IMG/VR virus record: IMGVR_UViG_3300031963_000006
Location: 124,001-188,000 of that record
Direction: 5' to 3' (one strand)
DNA: 64,000 bases
Shown here: positions 58,367-64,000 of the stretch, one piece after another
Numbering within the stretch: the first letter of the stretch is position 1
How the letters are laid out: every line of letters starts with the position of its first letter
Translations under genes and position numbers: made by a program
The notes under the pieces: model-generated
What the model saw: the letters and a program-made list of their open reading frames with translations, nothing else
Told to the model about the DNA's origin: nothing
Database searches by the model: none

Positions 58367-59158
58367 ATGTCTAAAAAAACCAAAAATAATAATTCGTTTG
58401 TAATGGATACCGATTGGCTCTTCAATGGGACAATCGACGCCGAACAAAAAGAATATGTACTTTTAGGTTATTTCCAAAAAATGAATAAAAATTTGGAGGA
58501 GATGAGAATTTACCCTATGTTTACCGAACTTTCAATACATTTGGGTAATATTCAAACATTGTTAACTCAAAACAAAATATTATATACTGACAAAAAGTTA
58601 ACTACAGATAATGATGAAATCTTCATTAAAGATTTGAAGGTTAAAGATATACCTGATTTAACTGATGAGGAATTTGCCGAGTATCAAAAAATAATCAAAG
58701 TAAGTCAACCAATGTTATTTGATTATTTTAATATTGCCAAATCATTGTGGTCTTTAGCTTATGACTCAGTAACTGTAAATGCTAAAAGAAATAAAAAGAA
58801 TTTAACAAGTAAGACAGGATTTTATTACACAATTTATAAAGATAATCTTTATGTTTGGAGATATACGATGAAAAAAATAAGGGGTTTTAACAACCAAATT
58901 AGAACCGATGCTAAGTTGATGTTTAGTGGAAGTCCTGATTCAACTGTTATTAAGATTATTTCACAAACATCACCAACATATCGAAAAAACAACGAAAGTA
59001 AGTTACCTGTGATGGAAGTTGTTTGTCATGAAATGTTTCCATTAAATGAAACATTGGTACCAATAATGAAAAGAAAAGTAGTATCTTTGATACACCAAAG
59101 TATGAAAGTTGAAAAGTTATTAGAAGAAAATAAAACTGTTGAAAATGGGGTTCAATAA
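58367..59158 (+). CDS. Hypothetical protein
   Basis: 263 aa; IDAEQKEYVLLGYFQ...YP.F.EL..H and PLNETLVP.MKRK look like conserved motifs. Confidence 0.65.
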   Translation: MSKKTKNNNSFVMDTDWLFNGTIDAEQKEYVLLGYFQKMNKNLEEMRIYPMFTELSIHLGNIQTLLTQNKILYTDKKLTTDNDEIFIKDLKVKDIPDLTDEEFAEYQKIIKVSQPMLFDYFNIAKSLWSLAYDSVTVNAKRNKKNLTSKTGFYYTIYKDNLYVWRYTMKKIRGFNNQIRTDAKLMFSGSPDSTVIKIISQTSPTYRKNNESKLPVMEVVCHEMFPLNETLVPIMKRKVVSLIHQSMKVEKLLEENKTVENGVQ

Positions 59159-59318
59159 AATAGTAGTCGGAAAAAATAAAATAAACGAAATTGAGTCGGA
59201 TTTAAATTTGATTGAAATTTATAAAAAGTACGACGCCATGATATTTGAATCTAATGAAATAAGAAATAAATTTAAATTTTTTGAAAATGAATACAATCAA
59301 AAAAAAGTTATTGGATAA
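59145..59318 (+). CDS. 57-aa protein missed by the ORF track
   Basis: MGFNKIVVGK...NQKKVIG; overlaps both neighbours. Confidence 0.5.
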   Translation: MGFNKIVVGKNKINEIESDLNLIEIYKKYDAMIFESNEIRNKFKFFENEYNQKKVIG

Positions 59319-59472
59319 GTTAAGAAGACCCGTCCACATTACGTTTATTTCTAAACACATTTTAAAACTTTCTATGGAAGAAACTGAAAAAGTTATAAAT
59401 GAAATGGTGGATGAAGGGTTGGTAGAAGAAAGTAAGTATGGTAAAGGTTATTATGTTGTAAAAAGTATATAA
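59287..59472 (+). CDS. Small winged-helix-like protein
   Basis: HITFISKHILKLSMEETEKVINEMVDEGLVEE..GKGYY helix-turn-helix/wing pattern; ATG 59287. Confidence 0.5.
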   Translation: MNTIKKKLLDKLRRPVHITFISKHILKLSMEETEKVINEMVDEGLVEESKYGKGYYVVKSI

Positions 59473-59476
59473 AATT

Positions 59477-59701
59477 ATGAAAGAAATGGTGAATCATCCT
59501 GACCATTACGGTGGTGAGGAAAACACATATGAAGTAGTAAAAGTATGTGAGGCTTGGGGACTTGACATGGATGCTTATCTATTCAATGTGGTTAAATACG
59601 TGGCAAGAGCGGGCAAGAAAGATTCAGATAAGGAACTCCAAGACCTAAAGAAGGCCCTTTGGTATTTAGATAGAAAAATTCAAAATCTTGAAAAAAAATG
59701 A
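59477..59701 (+). CDS. DUF3310 family protein (T7 gp1.7 nucleotide-kinase-like)
   Basis: VNHPDHY, NVVKYVARAGKK, QDLKKALWYL. Confidence 0.85.
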   Translation: MKEMVNHPDHYGGEENTYEVVKVCEAWGLDMDAYLFNVVKYVARAGKKDSDKELQDLKKALWYLDRKIQNLEKK

Positions 59702-59847
59702 ATTTGATTTGGTGGGTGTTTGTTTTTTCAATATTTTTTTATCCATTGTTTATATTTGTGGTAATTTATACTAACAAATATCCAAACAATAGATTTTCGA
59801 AGTGGTGGAAAAAACACATTATAGATAAAAATGAAAATTATGATTGA
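59698..59847 (+). CDS. 49-aa membrane peptide missed by the ORF track
   Basis: MNLIWWVFVFSIFFYPLFIFVVIY...FSKWWKKHII; ATGA-coupled to DUF3310. Confidence 0.5.
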   Translation: MNLIWWVFVFSIFFYPLFIFVVIYTNKYPNNRFSKWWKKHIIDKNENYD

Positions 59848-60697
59848 AAACTATATAAATAAAGTAATTAACGGAGATTGCATCAAAGTTATGGGTGAAA
59901 TGCCCGAAGGTTCTATTGACTTGATTGTTACTAGTCCACCCTATGGAGTGAACATTGCATATGACACCCATGATGATGATATGGAAATTAATGAGTATCT
60001 TGAGTTCAGTAAGAACTGGCTAACCGAGGCTTATAAAGTTTTGAAAGACGATGGAAGAATTGCCTTGAATATCCCCTACGAGATTAACCGTCAAGAAAAG
60101 GGTGGTCGTATATTTTTTGTATCCGAGGTTTATCAGATTATGAAACAAATTGGATTTAAATTCTTTGGAATTGTTGACCTTGAAGAGGATAGTCCCCACA
60201 GAAGTAAGACAACGGCTTGGGGTAGTTGGATGAGTCCGTCAAGTCCATATATCTATAACCCAAAAGAGTGTGTAATACTTGCATATAAGAAAAACCACAT
60301 TAAGAAAGTTAAGGGTCAACCACAATGGAAGGGCGAACCAATAACAACCGAGGAAGGTAAGACAAAGATGTTGTACACCGAACAGGACAAAAAGGAATTT
60401 ATGGAATTGGTGTTCGGGCAATGGAAGTATCTTAATGACTCAAGACCACTAACCAAGGCAACTTTCTCAATGGACATCCCAACCAAGGCAATTAAGATAT
60501 TGTCATATAAGAATGACATAATATTAGACCCCTTCAATGGTAGTGGAACAAGTTGTGTGGCTGCAGAAATTTTAGATAGAAGGTGGATTGGTATTGAACT
60601 TTCTGAAAATTATACTAAAATTGCTACAGAAAGGATACAATCTTTCGTTGACCAAAAAAGGCAACAAGTTTTAGAGTTTGAAAATGGGGGTGAATAA
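59831..60697 (+). CDS. Beta-class N4-cytosine/N6-adenine DNA methyltransferase
   Basis: DLIVTSPPY precedes ILDPFNGSGT and IGIEL. Confidence 0.9.
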   Translation: MKIMIENYINKVINGDCIKVMGEMPEGSIDLIVTSPPYGVNIAYDTHDDDMEINEYLEFSKNWLTEAYKVLKDDGRIALNIPYEINRQEKGGRIFFVSEVYQIMKQIGFKFFGIVDLEEDSPHRSKTTAWGSWMSPSSPYIYNPKECVILAYKKNHIKKVKGQPQWKGEPITTEEGKTKMLYTEQDKKEFMELVFGQWKYLNDSRPLTKATFSMDIPTKAIKILSYKNDIILDPFNGSGTSCVAAEILDRRWIGIELSENYTKIATERIQSFVDQKRQQVLEFENGGE

Positions 60698-60714
60698 CCT
60701 CCATTTTTGTTTTT
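60681..60714 (+). terminator. Intrinsic terminator overlapping the MTase stop
   Basis: AAAATGGGGGT-GAATA-ACCTCCATTTT then T-rich tail. Confidence 0.65.
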
Positions 60715-60719
60715 GTGAA

Positions 60720-60727
60720 TATTTATA
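60720..60727 (+). promoter_or_regulatory. Putative late promoter TATTTATA
   Basis: Right after terminator, 12 nt before ATG 60740. Confidence 0.55.
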
Positions 60728-60739
60728 TAAAAAAAATCT

Positions 60740-60925
60740 ATGAGAGGTAAAATTCTATCTGAAGAACAATTTAAAGATAAGTTAATCCAAATTTATAATG
60801 AGGAGAAACATTCTTTGGTCAAAGAAAAAATTCAAATGTATGTTGAAAAAAGAAAGTCTTCCGTTAACGAAGAGGTTCAAGATTCATTAATAACATTGAA
60901 GAATATTTTTGGAGGTAAAAAGTAA
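60740..60925 (+). CDS. 61-aa protein composed mostly of (I/L/V)xE motifs
   Basis: KILSEEQ, IYNEE, SVNEE; TAATG-coupled to the DHH gene. Confidence 0.55.
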   Translation: MRGKILSEEQFKDKLIQIYNEEKHSLVKEKIQMYVEKRKSSVNEEVQDSLITLKNIFGGKK

Positions 60926-62325
60926 TGAAAAAAATACTCTCAGAAAGTGGTATAAGAGATATCAAAGCTTTATCTCAAAGATATCCAAAGGCTGAAATAT
61001 ATTTTCACCAAGACCTTGATGGGGTCACTACGGCCATAGCCATGAAATCATATCTTGAACAACATGGTATTGAGGTAATTGACGCTCACGTAATTCAATA
61101 TGGTGACAAAGAGTTTTCAATAAAGAAAAACGACGCAACAGGTGATGTGATGCCGGTTCTTGTTGATTTTGCCCACGGTAAACCAATGTTCGTTATTCAT
61201 ACTGACCACCACGATAGACAAGCTGGCGCCGAAGATACCAAATCAACATCTTTCAGACAATCTCGTTCAAATGTAGAGACAATATCACAGATTGTTTCAC
61301 CTAAAGAAATATTTCCAGAAAAAGATATTTTATTAATTTCAACAGTTGATTCTGCCAACTTCGCAAAATATGATATTACTCCTGAACAAGTAATGAATTA
61401 TTTGTTTAAGTTTGATAAAGACTCGTCATTATTAAAGAATAAAATGGCGATGGGTATGGTTGCTAATAAATTATTATTGGCGTTTAAGAACAAACCTGGA
61501 TTCTTAGAAAGATTAGTTATGGAATCAACTCCATCTTTAACTAATATTCTTGTTAATATAAGACAAATTATGAAGGAAAAGGGATATGCTGATATTCCCG
61601 AACTTGAAAAACATAAGGAGGATTATGTTCAAAAAATGAAGAGTTATCCTGAAGTATCTAATAATATAATAGTTCAATACGGTGGTGGTAGTATGATGAA
61701 ACCAGGTTCATATGATAGATATACACCATTTAGAAATAACCCTGAGGCGGACTTTTTAGTTATTGCCTGGCCAATGGGACTGTTACAGGCTTCTTGTAAT
61801 CCATTTAAAAAAGATAGAGAATTGAAAGGTGTTAACTTAGGTGATATTGCCCAAGAGGTATTATCTAAATGGGAAGGACAATTAAAGGACAGACAAATAC
61901 CACTATCAACTATCAAATGGATATCTGAAGACGTTAAAGGTTTTGGACCTGAGTCAGTTGGATTTACCTTCAAAGATTTTGTGGCTTTATATGGTAAGAA
62001 CTATAAGTCAATGCAAAATGGAAAAGAAGAGTTGATTAACATAGGTAATTTGATGGAAAAACCATTTGAACAGTTGACCGATGAAGAGAGACAAATATTA
62101 GATGATGTTACGGTTAGTGCTTGGGATGTCATTCAATCCAATTCAGGGGGGCACAAATGTATTACAAACATTTCAGGTTTAATGTATATGGGAAGGTCCA
62201 ATAGACCACCACAAGGAAAATACAAGTATGACCCCGAGAGAGAGGATTCCCCATACGTTAAATTTCTTAAGATGTTACAAAGAGAATTTGTTAGAGTATT
62301 ACAGGAAAAGATTGGTCAGTCTTAA
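60925..62325 (+). CDS. DHH-family phosphoesterase
   Basis: YFHQDLDG, LVDFAH, HTDHHD, STVDSA, C-terminal SGGH. Confidence 0.75.
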   Translation: MKKILSESGIRDIKALSQRYPKAEIYFHQDLDGVTTAIAMKSYLEQHGIEVIDAHVIQYGDKEFSIKKNDATGDVMPVLVDFAHGKPMFVIHTDHHDRQAGAEDTKSTSFRQSRSNVETISQIVSPKEIFPEKDILLISTVDSANFAKYDITPEQVMNYLFKFDKDSSLLKNKMAMGMVANKLLLAFKNKPGFLERLVMESTPSLTNILVNIRQIMKEKGYADIPELEKHKEDYVQKMKSYPEVSNNIIVQYGGGSMMKPGSYDRYTPFRNNPEADFLVIAWPMGLLQASCNPFKKDRELKGVNLGDIAQEVLSKWEGQLKDRQIPLSTIKWISEDVKGFGPESVGFTFKDFVALYGKNYKSMQNGKEELINIGNLMEKPFEQLTDEERQILDDVTVSAWDVIQSNSGGHKCITNISGLMYMGRSNRPPQGKYKYDPEREDSPYVKFLKMLQREFVRVLQEKIGQS

Positions 62326-62663
62326 TAGACTAATTCATCACCCTCTAATATACCTTTTTGTTTACAGGTTCCACCCTTTACTTCTAAAACCATATCACCT
62401 TCACCACAATAATTCCTACATTCATCGTCTTTACATGGAAGACAATTGTGATGTATTTTTGTTATGATGTCATCTTTAATAAAAATGATATCCAAATTTA
62501 TAATACAGTTATTCATCCAAAAACAATGTTCATCACTACCCATCATGAATAACATACCGTTAAAGTCTTTGTCGAATTTTTTACCCATCATACCTTTTTG
62601 GGTTTCTTTTTCCGACACTAAAACTTTAACTTTGAATTTAGTGTTATTTATACTTAACATCAT
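62322..62663 (-). CDS. DUF192 family protein
   Basis: KGMM, GMLF, FWMNNC...LDIIFI, VLEVKGG; minus-strand TATTTAT at 62668-62674. Confidence 0.85.
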   Translation of the reverse strand: MMLSINNTKFKVKVLVSEKETQKGMMGKKFDKDFNGMLFMMGSDEHCFWMNNCIINLDIIFIKDDIITKIHHNCLPCKDDECRNYCGEGDMVLEVKGGTCKQKGILEGDELVY

Positions 62664-62764
62664 AATGATAAATACTTTATGATATGAAAATGATTTATTT
62701 TATAAAATAATTAAGTTTTTTTGTTTAAAATTTAACTTTTTAATAATTTATACATATTTATACG

Positions 62765-62852
62765 AAAAATAAGCCCAACACCCCTTTCTAAATAGTTGGT
62801 TAAAACTAAACCCTAAAATTCCCCCAAAGATTTTTAGGGTTTTTGTTTTTTT
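62765..62852 (+). ncRNA. Candidate small RNA (late promoter to terminator, two C-rich loops)
   Basis: TATTTATA at 62755-62762; CCAAC/GTTGG stem; AAACCCTAAAA/TTTTAGGGTTT stem with T tail; no ATG ORF. Confidence 0.4.
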
Positions 62853-62854
62853 CG

Positions 62855-62862
62855 TATATTTG
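62855..62862 (+). promoter_or_regulatory. Bacteroidota -7 element TATATTTG for smpB
   Basis: 8 nt before ATG 62871. Confidence 0.6.
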
Positions 62863-62870
62863 TACCCATT

Positions 62871-63302
62871 ATGAAAAATAAACTATCCATAGTTAATAAG
62901 AAAGCTCGTTATGAATATGAGTTTATTTCTACGTTCACTGCAGGTATCCAATTGATTGGAAGTGAGGTAAAGACAATAAAAAAGGGTAAACTTTCAATAA
63001 ATGACGCCTTCTGTATTTTTAAAGAAAATGAACTTTTTATTAAAAATATGGTTTTGACTGAGAAAGTTAATGAGTTTTCACCTGATGTTAAACGAGATAA
63101 AAAATTGTTGTTAAAAAAGTCCGAACTAAATGGATTGAAAAGAGATATGATTAAAGGACTAACAATAATTGTTAATAAAGTGTTTGAAAATGATAAAGGG
63201 TTGATAAAAGTTGAAATTTCTCTTGCAAAAGGTAAAAAACTGTACGATAAACGTAATACAATTAAGGAAAGAGAACTAAATAGGGACAAAAAATTTGTAT
63301 GA
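62871..63302 (+). CDS. smpB: SsrA (tmRNA)-binding protein SmpB
   Basis: NKKARYEY, AGIQLIGSEVK, R.KKLLL.K.E, GLTI, LAKGKKLYDKR..IKERE. Confidence 0.93.
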   Translation: MKNKLSIVNKKARYEYEFISTFTAGIQLIGSEVKTIKKGKLSINDAFCIFKENELFIKNMVLTEKVNEFSPDVKRDKKLLLKKSELNGLKRDMIKGLTIIVNKVFENDKGLIKVEISLAKGKKLYDKRNTIKERELNRDKKFV

Positions 63303-63324
63303 TTGTAAATTATTCGTATATTTG
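63294..63324 (+). promoter_or_regulatory. Bacteroidota -33/-7 promoter
   Basis: TTTG (63294-63297), 19 nt, TATATTTG (63317-63324). Confidence 0.7.
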
Positions 63325-63339
63325 TAAAAATTATAACTC

Positions 63340-63615
63340 ATGACCACAATTACCCACACAATCAAAATAGAAAACGAAAAGTTCGGAGTTATCCTTAATG
63401 AGACTTTTATTGACCCTATCCAGTTTAAGTTGTTTCTTAAAATGATACAAGCTTGTATTGAACTTAAGAATGACCTATCATTCTTCAACGGGGTTGAATT
63501 TTTAGTTCACGTACCGCATCGGTTCCTCTCTGATTCTATTATTACTACATCTCTTAGTTCAATCGAGATGTCAGAAATTGTAAAAAGTAAAATCGAAGCA
63601 CTAGTAACAAAATGA
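63340..63615 (+). CDS. Hypothetical protein
   Basis: 91-aa ORF after promoter. Confidence 0.6.
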   Translation: MTTITHTIKIENEKFGVILNETFIDPIQFKLFLKMIQACIELKNDLSFFNGVEFLVHVPHRFLSDSIITTSLSSIEMSEIVKSKIEALVTK

Positions 63616-63968
63616 TTATAGATTCAAATACATTCGGTTGGTTATTGTCAGCGGCTATTGCCGTGTTGATATTAGTAAAGTTTTGGAAACGAACCATCAA
63701 ATTTATTTTGATTGCGGTTGCTGCTTTATTTGTATTAATGGTTGTTCAAATTAAGTCATTTTACGATTCTGTCATTCTTCCCGATAAAGTAAATAAAACT
63801 GAAAAGGTTGATATTAAAATTGAGGATGACACCAAAGTTAAGATTCCAAAAAAAGATACTGTAAAAACAAAATCATCAGAAAAACAATCAAAGGTTATGG
63901 TTCATGCCAAGTATGATACCTTAACCAAAAAGATTGAAATTGAGGATATTGAGGTTCTGAATGAGTGA
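63612..63968 (+). CDS. Membrane protein with two N-terminal TM helices
   Basis: Two hydrophobic helices then Lys-rich tail. Confidence 0.6.
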   Translation: MIIDSNTFGWLLSAAIAVLILVKFWKRTIKFILIAVAALFVLMVVQIKSFYDSVILPDKVNKTEKVDIKIEDDTKVKIPKKDTVKTKSSEKQSKVMVHAKYDTLTKKIEIEDIEVLNE

Positions 63969-64000
63969 TTTTCTTGGTATATTAAAACCAAGTGGTGGAC

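Noticed and set aside
48458-60697. Restriction-modification systems around the two methyltransferases
   Set aside because: No recognisable cognate endonuclease adjacent; orphan protective MTases are ordinary in large phages
62683-62870. tmRNA next to smpB
   Set aside because: Too short and AT-rich; no tRNA-Ala-like acceptor or T-arm and no tag reading frame
1-64000. Eukaryotic giant virus or cellular origin (LRRs, DnaJ, mucin-like repeats, SmpB)
   Set aside because: Sigma-70, DnaG primase, peptidoglycan hydrolases, baseplate-like genes, coupled operons and bacterial promoters, with no core cellular operons, indicate a bacteriophage
1-64000. Stop-codon reassignment as in some Bacteroidota phages
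   Set aside because: Code 11 gives full-length, tightly packed genes, and both TAG and TGA end recognisable genes (glutaredoxin TAG; dnaJ and smpB TGA)

Overview
AT-rich, densely coding 64-kb segment of a large tailed dsDNA phage genome (jumbo/myovirus-like), using the standard genetic code. The host is most likely a Bacteroidota: there are TTTG-N19-20-TAnnTTTG promoters, A-rich starts without Shine-Dalgarno sites, a Bacteroidota-type primary sigma factor, an Hc1 histone-like protein and SprB-like repeats. Layout: (1-17959, +) tail/baseplate structural operon, then a RuvC-like resolvase. (18615-31264, -) an inverted 12.7-kb island of Cys-rich modular proteins with very long Thr-Pro-Gln linkers, a recurring ~250-aa propeller-like domain, LRRs and a Nal1-type trypsin protease. 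(31349-39494) primase, PD-(D/E)xK nuclease, SLT, SbcD/SbcC and sigma factor. (39560-42468) probable lysis cassette. The rest is putative head-internal proteins plus auxiliary genes: Hc1, DnaJ, two DNA methyltransferases, DUF932, PcfJ-like, GIY-YIG homing endonuclease, thioredoxin/glutaredoxin, DUF3310, DHH phosphoesterase, DUF192 and SmpB. The most notable observations are: a catalytically degenerate, internally deleted SAM-synthetase (MetK) derivative; the modular mucin-like fibre/protease island with an in-frame 55-bp direct repeat around one domain; a recurrent TATTTAT(A) putative late promoter linked to N-terminal (I/L)xE leaders, including one on a DHH phosphoesterase; a candidate late sRNA before smpB; and hairpins that embed the late promoter. 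No tRNA, rRNA, CRISPR array or reverse transcriptase was seen. All protein calls come from motif recognition by eye, not database searches.
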